Origin: Ginkgo biloba
Taxonomy: Eukaryota; Plantae; Ginkgophyta
Reading direction: 5' to 3'
DNA: 21,124 nt
Assembly: GCA_024626585.2 (NCBI GenBank)
Contig: JANKJI020000004.1
Span: forward strand, 10,537,149-10,558,272
In this document: positions 8,696 through 20,489 of the stretch, piece after piece
Numbering within the stretch: the stretch's first letter is position 1
Layout: every line of letters starts with the position of its first letter
Notes under the pieces: model-generated
Databases searched by the model: none
Told to the model about the DNA's origin: nothing
Seen by the model: the letters and a program-made list of their open reading frames with translations, nothing else
Position numbers and translations under genes: made by a program

Positions 8696-11600
8696 GCCAA
8701 CAGTGTTCAAGTAGGATGGCCAACTACTTGATAACTGTACNNNNNNNNNNNNNNNNNNNNNNNNNNNNNNNNNNNNNNNNNNNNNNNNNNNNNNNNNNNN
8801 NNNNNNNNNNNNNNNNNNNNNNNNNNNNNNNNNNNNNNNNGATCATTTCTAGTTTTCATGTGGTTGAGGTTAGACCCTTTGGATAATATTTTATTTTACT
8901 AAAATTCATATTTATTAGGATATATTTTTGTCTCTTAATTTGTGAAGCAATATATATTTTATATGTATGTTCATAGTCTCAACGAAGCCAATATTATAAA
9001 AATAGAGTGATTAAGTAATACCTCAAAATATACATAGTTCTTATACAATGTTTAACTTAAGAGTATCTATATATAAAATGTTCTTCTAAATCCTAAGATC
9101 ATGTAAGTCAATGATTTTATAAACTCAATTGACTCTATAAGAGGAGTTCATGACTAAGAGGTTGTATAAATACTATACTCTTCATGACAATAATAAATTT
9201 AACATTTTGAGATTACTGGCCTCACTAACATTATCTAATCCCATTTACACTCATATTTATTTATTTATAGTCCAATTTTGGGTATTCATATAACCATAAG
9301 TGTTCTTTCATGTAATTTATTTCCATCATCTCTCTATATAAAGGTTTTCCCACCAATCCTAAGTAAAATAGGTGTTATCACCATATAATTAATTTTAATA
9401 TATTATAATAAAATTATCTCACACCCTTTAATGTTTGGTCAAATCTATCCAGTCTCTTCATATGGTCATGTGGAGAATTATTAGTTCCCATTCTTAGTAC
9501 TTAAGGGTTTATCTTAAATAAGGATTAATAATATATGTTAAGGGGATTAAGAATATATGTTAAGGAAATGAAGGTTAGACATAGAGATGATTAAGAAGCA
9601 TACATTAAGGTTGAGATACCTTATGAACCATGTAATTTAATAAATATCGTTGATCTTCCACTAAAACTATTATAAATTCAAAGAAATTATAATTAAGTAC
9701 ATATAAAAGTCTTTTATTTTATATAATAAATAAAATGGATATGTGAAGTATCAAACAAGGAAATAGAGTATGTAATTTAGAATAATATGATGAGGCGTAA
9801 CTCATCTAATATATAGATAATGAAAATATTGATGGATTAAATGGACCACCATCCCAGCACTTTAATTACATATTAATAAAATTTAATACTTAAGGACTTA
9901 AATGCATATGTGAATGTAAGAATAGAAATAAAATGGAAGAAGAGTTTAATAAACCAATGGTAACAAATAATAACTATTAAATTTCATATGTATAAGATAG
10001 AGTATTTTTCCTTAGTGTCATTTTAAGCATTATCATAAGATTATTAGCATGCTTGAGTACAAGGAATGAGAGTGAAAAACTTCTAGTTTCAATTATATAT
10101 TGTTATTTATTTTGTGCATTCATATGACTACTTTGGTAAGTTGGCTATTTTTTAGGTATGGGATTGACAAAATGGAGTTTAAATAATGATATTTTAATGA
10201 TATCCCAAAACCAATATAATTTCTTCAAATAGTTCTTAAGTCTCTTATTTTATCATTAGTGGTCCCAACCAAAAGGCTTAATTTAAACTATTTTATCCAT
10301 CAAATAATATTTTGTTTATAACAANNNNNNNNNNNNNNNNNNNNNNNNNNNNNNNNNNNNNNNNNNNNNNNNNNNNNNNNNNNNNNNNNNNNNNNNNNNN
10401 NNNNNNNNNNNNNNNNNNNNNNNNTTTATTATAAGGAATATTTTATCAAACCATTTCGTGTATGTGATATAAAATATGATCCTAACATCAATAAATTGTT
10501 AAACATATTTGTTGATACTAGTTTTATCCGTTTGTGTCTTGATTAGTATTTATTTTTCATGGATATCCATGCCATATAAATGTGTGTTAATATAGTGATA
10601 AATGAAATGAGTATATATTCTATATATATCATCATATGTCCATACAAATATATATTTAAATTATTGGCAAAGGGATTTGAATATGTTATAATGTTAGGGA
10701 GTCTAATGATTTCCCATGATCATGTGTTTAGGATTTTTAGTTTTTAAAATATTTATAGGTAAAGTCTCACTAATATTCATGATTTTACGCTATTATAAGT
10801 AACAATTCCCTCCTTGTCCAAACTATCAAGTTGGAGGAGAATAACAAATGAGTGTTGAGGAAGAGATTCATATGCAAGAGTGATTTCTTTCCTTGGATGA
10901 TATTTCTCCATTGATTATGCAATATCATATCCCTTGAATGATATTTTTACCTATAATTATTTATACAAAGAGACATAAGAAAAAATATCATCCAAAGAAT
11001 AATATGTGAGTGAACATACATAAATCATCTACCTTAAGAACAAAAGACAATAATAAAACTATACACCAAGATTTTTATGATAAAAAAAATATTTATTAAT
11101 GGATACAAGGTGGAAATAAAATTTAAGTGGTATTAATAAATTAGGATCATATAATAGCATGGGTATAAACCATACTCTCATAATCCCCTCCTTATACCTT
11201 TTAAGAAGTATACATGTGCTAAAATAAATATTCTAACAACTTTTAATATGTTAAACTATAAACTCTTCATGATGACTTATGATACACAAGTATGATTGTG
11301 GGGTTAAGTATTATCAATTGTATTTATTAAGAAAGTATATTATTAGAAAGAAGTAAAAAATTCTTTATAATTACAAATTATAATATAGATTTCCCTTTTC
11401 TTCCTTGTAAATAATATATATCTATATGATGAAATGATCCTTATGATCTAAGAAATATTAAAAACTCGCGATGTGCTACTGGGCATATCACATTATATAA
11501 GGTAAGAATATAAAGGTAATAATATCACTTTTTATGTTCATAATAATGTTAATTCTTATTTATTATCCAATGGTTTCTCCAGATAAAATAATAAATCAAT

Positions 11601-12378
11601 GTGAAAATATTATGAAGTGTTAATTAATTAATGAAATTCTATGAATTTACTTAAATATACATTCTATAATGTGAAAAAGGATCATGTGGAAATATAAATA
11701 ATTATTTTAATGGTCACATAACATAACACTTATGAGAATAATAATTCCATATGAGAAATCACAAAGTTAATTCATGATATAAAAATGCCACCAAGGCATG
11801 CCAATACATAAGTGATGAAATAAATAAATATCACACAATGGGGAATAAATATGGCACATAAGTATTGTATCAAGTGAAATATATCATCTATAAAATATAT
11901 GATGTACATCTATAAATGCACATAGTAATATATAAACATGTTATTTCTACAATGAAAATGTAAGGGTACAAAAAAGTATGATAATAAAGGAATTTAAGGA
12001 CTAATCATTCTCATATGAAAAGCGATCCTCTTATTTTTTATAATGATATTTATTTAATTAATTATTTAATTATTATTATCCCAAATATTATTTCTAATTA
12101 TGATGTTCCAAAACTTAATCCTTCTTCTCCTACTACATTTAGTTAGGAAGAAGACCCAAGTTCAAATAATTTACAAGATATTAATTATTAGTATTTTTAT
12201 TCTCTTATATATTAACTATTTTCTCACTATGCACTTTTTAGTACCCTTATAATTTATTTATACTATACTTTATATATTNNNNNNNNNNNNNNNNNNNNNN
12301 NNNNNNNNNNNNNNNNNNNNNNNNNNNNNNNNNNNNNNNNNNNNNNNNNNNNNNNNNNNNNNNNNNNNNNNNNNNNNN

Positions 12379-12581
12379 TATTCTCTTGGATTTTGTTGGA
12401 TGGACATTATCATGTAATGATTATTTTTTATTTCTCTCATGGTGCATCGTACCCATTTTGATGATGACCTTCCATGTAGGAGTGGGCATGCCTTTATGTT
12501 GCCTTAATTTGTTGTACGATGGAATCATTACCATCTTGTTAATATAATAAAACATATATTAATATTTTTCAAAAAAAAAAA
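12379..12581 (+). mobile_element. Possible non-LTR retrotransposon (LINE-like) 3' UTR and poly(A) tail
   Basis: T/G-rich segment with a small stem-loop GATGG..CCATC (12518-12535), AATAAA at 12546-12551 and A11 at 12571-12581. The 5' side is lost in an N-gap and no coding support is visible. Confidence 0.3.
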
Positions 12582-14329
12582 GAACAAGAGAATTATATTG
12601 TGCACATAGTGTATGAAATCAAACTATGCTTCTCTTCATAATAAGACAATAGTACCTATAAAATATTATGTGAAAGTCTTAAATATGTTTGTCAAGAAAA
12701 GAGATCAACTAGAGAGATATATGGTATTTTAATCTATGGATTATCTTAGTGAGTATTTGTATATTTACATGTTAATTGTCCACACTTATGAGATTATTAT
12801 TAAAATAATATATTAGAGGGGAAGGTGTTATAAGGTGTAGCATGAATCAAGAGAGTTCATGATAAGTTATTCTAAATAAAAATTAGTATTATTTATGATT
12901 ATTATTATATGTTACTAGTAAATTTAAATCTATATTATAACAAAAATTAGATATGTATATGTTTTAATCATAATATATATATTTAAATTAATGGGAATCC
13001 TTATAAGTTTATATTTAATTAAANNNNNNNNNNNNNNNNNNNNNNNNNNNNNNNNNNNNNNNNNNNNNNNNNNNAAAGAAGAAGATGATAATTGAATATT
13101 AGAAAAGAGTCTTAGCTATAACACTCATATAAATATATCATTAAATACCCAAAAAAGGTCTAGTTCATTTCCTTTGGAGTGGATAAAAGAAAACATTAAT
13201 CATTCATTGAGAAGAAAACAATCTACAACCACAAAAGAATAACTAAACATTACACAAGGATTTGAAATGGTCATTATTATTTTTTATATATGGACATTAA
13301 AACATTTTNNNNNNNNNNNNNNNNNNNNNNNNNNNTAAAGAGAATCTCTATATTCATACCCAATTTATATAATATAATATATGGTTCATGAATTGACTTA
13401 TATTATATATATAGATAAAGCATTATAAAGGAATATGGGAAAAAGGTTGACACTTCTATGTTCATGGATTTTGTAAAAATAGACAAAGGTACAAGTATGG
13501 AATTACAACATATTTGTTTGTGGATTGTTGATATCCTACAAAATATATTAGCATTAGAACAAAAAATTTAAGATAATATATATACCTAGAGGGAATGTTA
13601 GAACTTAACAATGAATCCTTTAGAGTCATGCCATTTAAGAAAACATTATACAAGTTAATTTATAGTGGTCTAAAAAAAATAATTTAACTACTTGAAAATT
13701 CATTTCATGTCATTAATAACACTAAGTTTAATATGACAATAAATCCATACATATTTTCAATACAATATGAGTAAATTTTCCTCTATAAGCATCCTTTCGA
13801 AAAATACAACTCATTTAGAATTGAATACAATCCTACGGGATATAGAGTAAAATAAATTAATGAATCATAAGAAGGTAGATATTAAAAAGATAAAGATAAT
13901 AAATAAGAATAAGAATATGGTTAAGGATAGTAATACAAATTTAAAGAGTGAAAAGAAATAATATAAGAGGATGAAGAGAACTCTAATATCATGTTATGAA
14001 AGGTAATCTTTTAAACAATTATTATAAAAAATGATCTTGATATCAAAATGTAGTATCATGGAAGATATTATTATGATGAAATATAAATTATTTATGGATC
14101 TAAGCATACATTCTTATATTTCATTTGNNNNNNNNNNNNNNNNNNNNNNNNNNNNNNNNNNNNNNNNNNNNNNNNNNNNNNNNNNNNNNNNNNNNNNNNN
14201 NNNNNNNNNNNNNNNNNNNNNNNNNNNCACATATACTACGACACTTAGAGAATGAAAACTTTCCTATCAATAAAGTCCATTAAGGGTATTATAGTTATAA
14301 TACATAAAATTACAATATTACAATCGATG

Positions 14330-15300
14330 CTTCTCAACAAACATTCTATAGGCTACCTCACATTAGATATTGGCCTGAACTTATTCTTCTCTACCCCTCT
14401 TAGAGTTTCATTCACCTTTGAAACATCTTCTCAGTCTCCTCTTCTCTATATCAGCTCCAACATCTGCTTCCCCTCTCCTTTTTATCTTCTACTCCCTTCC
14501 CTTCACCTCTTTTATAGAATGCCTCTTCTATACTCAACACTCTCCTTTTGTGCTCCCTGGTTGATGAGGAATTAAATTTTCCTTAGAATCCATTTCCAAA
14601 TGAATAGTACACTGGTAGGTTTCACCCAACTACCATCTTTAATTCTACCAACCACGACCAAGACTACCTATATTTTAGATTTTTCTTCAGGATGACGAAC
14701 TCCTAGTTCATCATCTCCCTAGTTAATACAATTGGTTTACTTAAAATTTCTAATGTAAAAAATATGATGATGCTCCTACATAATGTGTTGACCCAAATTA
14801 GTAGGGGATTTTCTACTCTAAGAGGCAACAAGGCCTCCCACCCGAATATAATTCCCTGGCTAGTTCTTGAAGGCCTATTATAGAATCTAATCCTATTTTT
14901 ATCTTAATCAAAACTCCATTTGGCCACTAATCCATTATGAGCCTCCATATCCTCCTCCTAATATTATAGATTAGGAGGATGATTTCCTAGTATCCAAAAT
15001 GTTATACCAAACCCAGTTGGACCAACCCAACCCTCATTTATCCAACATTAAGTATATAGACCATATCAAAATTAATGGATTTTAACATAATGTGCATATG
15101 ACCCCTAAACCTATGAATCCACATTATTAATATACTAACCATTTCAAAAATCAAGTCCTCACTCATCCAAAATGGCTACTTCATTTCAAACAATAAAAAT
15201 ATCGAATACTTAAACCATTCCTCCATGTCCATCTACAAGAATTTTGGGGAATCTTAATCAAATAAGTGATAGTATACATAAACTATTTTATGGTTATCAA
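14330..15300 (-). pseudogene. Possible fossil TE accessory ORF, antisense to the adjacent gag
   Basis: The minus-strand frame gives protein-like stretches between stops (MDMEEWFKYSIFLLFEMK*PFWMSEDLIFEMVSILIMWIHRFRGHMH...MRVGLVQLGLV*HFG...) and ends in an E/K/R-rich, purine-skewed tail. Family not identified. Confidence 0.3.
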
Positions 15301-15540
15301 AATATCCTTTATATTATAATATATCTCCCACTATTTTATGGCCAATTTTTATTCACTTACTCACACACATTCATCAATCCTATTAGTTTTTCCCTTTTAA
15401 CATTGATTCCCTAGCCATAGGTCCCATATAGAAACCCTTCCCTCTACCATTCTAAAAGTCAATTCATATTTATCAATAGTCATCTAAATTTTATACTTGT
15501 GAATTCTAACATAAACACTCAACATAAATATACTAATGCT

Positions 15541-16070
15541 TCCTCCTCTCTCAAGTAGGGGGCATTTGTTCAACCAATAATTCTAATTCATAAATAGTAT
15601 ACCAATTATATGAAAATTCTATTAGTTAAACTTATTCAAATGGTCTTATTTCCTAACCCCCCTCGTGAACTACCCAAATTCATTTGTGCACTAGAAGTTA
15701 ATCTTGTATTGTATGTTGATGTAAATGCAATTGCATGTGTCAAATTGATGATGTATGATGACATAATATTATAGATATTCCCTGGGACATTAAGCAATGA
15801 ATATATCAAATGGTTTTATCTATTACCTAAAGAATCAATCTTGACCTTTCAATAAATAGCTGACTTATTCATATAATATTTTAATGAAGCAAAGTCATAC
15901 AACATGGGGCTAAAATCTTTGATACCCCTTAAAAAGGCCAATGATGAAATAAATTTTAACTTTGTGAGGATATTTTTCTCCCTTTTTCACTCATGTGAGA
16001 ATCCATTTTAGGGGAGATCATTATATAACATTTTTACAAATGTTATTAATCCCAATTACACTTAAATCTA
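15541..16070 (+). mobile_element. Ty3/Gypsy (non-chromovirus, Tat/Ogre-like) gag relic
   Basis: Single frame from 15640: MVLFPNPPRELPKF...DDIIL*IFPGTLSNEYIKWFYLLPKESILTFQ*IADLFI*YF...LKKANDEINFNFVRIF. This matches the retrotransposon gag pattern LPKF...LFP.TL...A..WFY.LP..SI.TF..L...F...F, with several in-frame stops. It probably continues into the S/T/P-rich stretch to ~16430. Confidence 0.78.
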
Positions 16071-16897
16071 CTCAAGTAAATTCCTACTTCATAATAGGAC
16101 ACTATTGATAAATGTCTTACCTTAGAGGCCTATAAATTTTAACCTAGAGTGAAAGTTATCAAAACTTCTACCCAATCTTCCTTTGGTCACAACAATAAAC
16201 ATGCCACAAGTGATGGGGTCTCATATTTGAAACCCTCACCTTCCCAAGATCAAATACTTCATCCTATCATATCTACTATTATGTATCTTAAAAGGACCAT
16301 CATTAGTGTCTCTAATACTAACTTGCCTATAGATAAGACTCTATCAAAAAAATCTACCTCCTCTAAGAATTATATGGAGACCATTCATATAGTATAGAAA
16401 TACCATAAGCTACCTATGAAGGAACCTTCTTCTTATTCANNNNNNNNNNNNNNNNNNNNNNNNNNNNNNNNNNNNNNNNNNNNNNNNNNNNNNNNNNNNN
16501 NNNNNNNNNNNNNNNNNNNNNNNNNNNNNNNNNNNNNNNTTAGTTGCAAGTAACTTCTCATCAATTAACATAGAGCTACCTATACTTGAGATGCATGTAA
16601 CCATCACTTACATTAATTGTCATACATACAATCAAAGAGGTACTTGGAAGTGTCTTATAAGTAATTATTACATGATTACACATAACTCCATAACTTCTTC
16701 TTTTACTCCCTTGAATTTCTACTTGCAATCAGGATATAAGTAACCTAATGAAGAAATTACTTATATATAGGTTATACGTAAGTATTTNNNNNNNNNNNNN
16801 NNNNNNNNNNNNNNNNNNNNNNNNNNNNNNNNNNNNNNNNNNNNNNNNNNNNNNNNNNNNNNNNNNNNNNNNNNNNNNNNNNNNNNNNNNNNNNNNN

Positions 16898-16951
16898 CAT
16901 ACTTACATCTAACATGCAAGTAGATACCATACTTACACCTCAGGTGCAAGT
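16898..16951. repeat. 30-bp tandem repeat (at least 2 copies, abutting N-gap), LTR-like
   Basis: CATACTTACATCTAACATGCAAGTAGATAC at 16898 is followed by CATACTTACACCTCAGGTGCAAGT at 16928. Related TGCAAGT/ACTTAC motifs recur at 16540-16790. Confidence 0.6.
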
Positions 16952-17189
16952 GCTCCCTGCCCTCAATTGTCACCATTCCCTTATAAATCGATGCATCTTT
17001 TTCTTCATAAACTCATCCAAGAAACTGGACAACTAAAAAATCATCCCTATACTGTACTAATAATTAATTCGTACATGAATGGATAGAATTTGAAAGTAGA
17101 TTGGCCATAAAATTATAAAAATGCTAAGAAAGTTGAGCCAATGATGGGGACAAATTAAACCCCATCACTTATTATTTTTTCTAACTTCA

Positions 17190-17886
17190 CAAGTTCTCTT
17201 ATGAACTAGAATCACCTTTACCCTAGACTTATGCTTTAGTAAGAGCCCTTCTCGTCAATTCCTTGCATTCTCTTCTCTTGGCTCTTTATGCAACCTTTGT
17301 TGTTTGATCTAATATATGCATTTCAATTTGAGCAACTTCCCTTTCCCTCTCAACTTTGGCTTCCTAGATCTTTCATTATAAGAATTCCTCCTTCGTTAAC
17401 TAGCAGACCTTCTCCAAATCATTCAATATCTAGTTCAAGACTCTCAAGATATGATAATCCTTAGATGGAAGACCCCTCTATAGGATTTAAGATTCATCCC
17501 TACTTTACTCTCCCTCTATAAATAGATAAAGGAATGACATGATTAGGGGATTAGTGAAGAAGCTTATCCCAATCCATGCACTCCTAGATTACTATTCTTA
17601 AATGGGAATTTGAGGGTTTGCCATGATTATAAATTCCCTAAAATAAGAAAATTATCTCTCCATATCGTCATATTACTTCCTCAAGACAAGAAATCCCTAA
17701 TGTTCTTCCTCACATTGAAATGATATGTTCCTTATCCTCTCTAAGAGGTTGAAAACCTCTTGGCATAACTTACCATTTTTCTCCTTTAGACTCTAGATTT
17801 TTTAAGTGGCCTTCTCTTTCTCTACCAACATATCCTTCACTCTCTCCCTATAACTCTAACTCTGTATCCTTCAAATTTTAAACTTT
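17190..17886 (-). pseudogene. Fossil coiled-coil-like ORF, probably a retrotransposon accessory ORF
   Basis: One minus frame reads RERVKDMLVEKEKAT*KI*SLKEKNGKLCQEVFNLLERIRN...LRK*YDDMER*FSYFREF...ILNDLEKVC*LTKEEFL**KI*EAKVEREREVAQIEM...RAKRRECKELTRRALTKA*V*GKGDSSS. It is E/K/R/L-rich with about 20 stops. Confidence 0.45.
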
Positions 17887-17986
17887 NNNNNNNNNNNNNN
17901 NNNNNNNNNNNNNNNNNNNNNNNNNNNNNNNNNNNNNNNNNNNNNNNNNNNNNNNNNNNNNNNNNNNNNNNNNNNNNNNNNNNNNN

Positions 17987-19260
17987 TCCCAAAGTAGATG
18001 TTTTCCTTTTTACCATACCTTTATCTTGATCTTGTTGGGTCTTTCTCCTTTCCTTAGCTTATTGTGCCTTACTTTTAGTTTGAATGAGAATTTATAGTAT
18101 TACTTCCTCCTCATTGCTACCTTCAACATTTATCAAGTTGGATGGACTTCAACTTATCATATATATTATATGGGAATGAGAAGTACTTAGTATAACCCTT
18201 TAAAATGACTAAATATTCATCATTGAACCTCAAGAAATTGGGGTACATTTCCTTAGGATGATCTTCTTGATAGAACCTATAGTAATAGGGCTTAAAATTT
18301 ATAGGACAAATGGTCATTATGGGACCTATTGTTTGACCTTATATTTGGATGTGATTACTATTAGGATTGAAAAATGGACTCCTATTCTCCCCCACTTATC
18401 TAATCAAATAATTTACTTCATTACTAAGATTTTAGAGCAATATCACAGTCTCAATTATCTTAGGGATAGGAGGAGGATTGTTCTTTTCAACTTTTATTAG
18501 TGCCAAAGAAACACCGACCTTCTTACCTGATTCTACTAGATTATTCTAAATTATCCTTATAGTGACCATTTCATCAACCAAATTATCAATACCCTTATAT
18601 TTGAGGATATACCTCATCTCCAAGTCTAATACATGCATGTAGAAATAGAAATAAATTTCTTCAGTGGGTCTCAAAACAACCAGAATCTTAGTTCTAGTCT
18701 GTCCAAACCTTAAATTAAAATCTTTAAAAGATTTTCCCTCCCTCTTGGAGATCATGGTCAAATCCTTTAACAATGTATGATTGTTAATAGGAGTATTACA
18801 CTTATCATTGAATTGAGTAGTCTACTCATCCTAATTTATGATAGAATTTGCAAGCAGAGAATTAAACCACAACAATGCTTTGTCTTCTAGAGTTTTCATA
18901 AATAGTCAAACAACAACATTATCTATAACAACCACTAGTATGGTATAATCCTTCAAAAAATATGCCAAATGTTCTTCTATAGTCACTACTCCATCTCCTT
19001 TGAATTTGGGCAGATAATCTTTTGCCTTATTAGGCAAAGCATCAAGATTTCCTGGTAAGTTGAGAGGTCCTACTATGAGCCATGGAGTCAACGCCATTAG
19101 TATTAGAGGAGTTTGATGGGGGGGTCTTGGATAAAAGGTGTTGAAATGGGTTTTCTTGAAAATAAAGTGGTTGGACAACTAGAAATAGAAGATGGGAATT
19201 TTCTCTACAAAATGATGGAGAAGTAGAAGGAGGTAGAGGTGGTGTAACCTAAGGAATGAT
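17987..19260 (-). mobile_element. Ty3/Gypsy gag relic with decayed zinc knuckle
   Basis: ORFs 18906-19178 and 18546-18773 are the same frame, joined through stops: GPLNLPGNLDALPNKAKDYLPKFKGDGVVTIEEHLAYF...VV*LFMKTLEDKALLWFNSLLANSIIN*DE*...KREGKSFKDFNLRF. This is a classic retrotransposon gag core. A Pro-rich N-terminal part lies upstream, and YRFYQEDHPKEMY (CCHC-like spacing) and a QTKSK linker lie downstream. Confidence 0.88.
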
Positions 19261-19339
19261 GAGTGTATTTAGAGGAAAAATAGGAATAAAGACCTCAATA
19301 TCTAGAGACTTGTTAAGAATATTATTTCCTAATAGTTGT

Positions 19340-19883
19340 ACAGTGCTACCTCCTTCTCTAACTAGAGATATAATCCATTCACATCATATTCATATAGATC
19401 ACTATACACAGATAAGTAGAAACCTTTGAATCCTTATATTATCAGAGATGTACAAGTATAACTATTATAATAGTATTTAAAGACATATATTATATCATAC
19501 AATCACATGGTAGTGCCAACTCCCCTATCTTATTAGAATTTTATTATTTATATATAATTCACAGAGGATTAAGATAATTATCGTGAAAGTTACATTCTAT
19601 AGACAATGTTAATGACTTGTATTGGTGAAGATCATATTGGTAAGAAACCTTATTTGATGTTAGCCAAAGGTAACTTTTGTTGCTGTCAGTTAGGACTACT
19701 CTAATATTTGGTGGTATAGGCCCATAGTAACTCCATCTTCTGTTGATGGACTGACTAATGTCAGTGTTAGTGATGAGTCCCCATCAATGTTGATAGAGAT
19801 CATTTCGATACTTGTTGGTGACCTAACTCCTACTAGTATTGGTATGAATCAAATTTGGAATTCATCGATATTATTGTCCACCA
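19340..19883 (-). mobile_element. 3' LTR (partial) of the Athila/Tat-type element; left boundary uncertain
   Basis: Begins with TG (19883-19882) immediately after the PPT and contains a TATATAAAT on the minus strand near 19550. The terminal CA was not identified. Confidence 0.5.
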
Positions 19884-19912
19884 CTCCCCCACACCTAAAG
19901 ACTTATCTCGTC
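19884..19912 (-). mobile_element. Athila-like polypurine tract region
   Basis: The minus strand reads AGGACGAGATAAGTCTTTAGGTGTGGGGGAG|TG, resembling the Athila-type 3' end pattern GAGGACGAG...AAGTGTGGGGGA..TG. It lies downstream of the integrase on the same strand. Confidence 0.65.
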
Positions 19913-20489
19913 CTATGATAAAATTACAAACTACTATAACTCAGGAAATTATGTCTTCTTAGTGAAATCTAGTAATATGATAGAAAACTCCATCTATATT
20001 TAGGACCATTCTCTTATGACNNNNNNNNNNNNNNNNNNNNNNNNNNNNNNNNNNNNNNNNNNNNNNNNNNNNNNNNNNNNNNNNNNNNNNNNNNNNNNNN
20101 NNNNNNNNNNNNNNNNNNNNCTATATAACATGGTATAAACATACATATAGGATTTCAAACTTTAGCAATTTATTTTTCTCTATAGAATATGCAACTGATA
20201 TTTGAAGCTTATTTACACAAAACCCTTTTTAACTCTAACTTTTTTACTATTATTGTTTGTAGTAATTAGCATGAAATATATTCATTTCTTTCATCTTTAT
20301 AGTAGGCTCAACTAGTAGAAGGATGTCAAATTCCCATGTGGGTCTAACACCCAAGATTAAATTATTTCCCCTATTCGGTAGATCAAAATTGAATATCACA
20401 TAGAAAATTATAGTTATTATATACTTACATACTTATTTATATTTACATACATATTTTGATACAATATGGAACAAACCCCCACCCAGATG

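Noticed and set aside
11465-11492. Small hairpin GATGTGC..GCATATC as a Helitron end
   Set aside because: No downstream CTRR; short stem.
13440-13740. Possible transposase relic around ORF 13462-13653
   Set aside because: No recognisable DDE, hAT, MULE or SWIM motif in the frames I translated.
14252-14575. 107-aa plus-strand ORF
   Set aside because: S/L/P/F-rich antisense shadow of a purine-rich minus-strand stretch.
15553-15568. AGTAGGGGGCATTTGT as a Tat/Ogre PPT
   Set aside because: Lies just 5' of, and reads in frame with, the plus-strand gag; wrong position for that element's PPT.
17743-17761. 8-bp stem AAGAGGTT/AACCTCTT (and a similar 7-bp one at 18814-18828)
   Set aside because: Short stems inside TE coding relics; consistent with chance.
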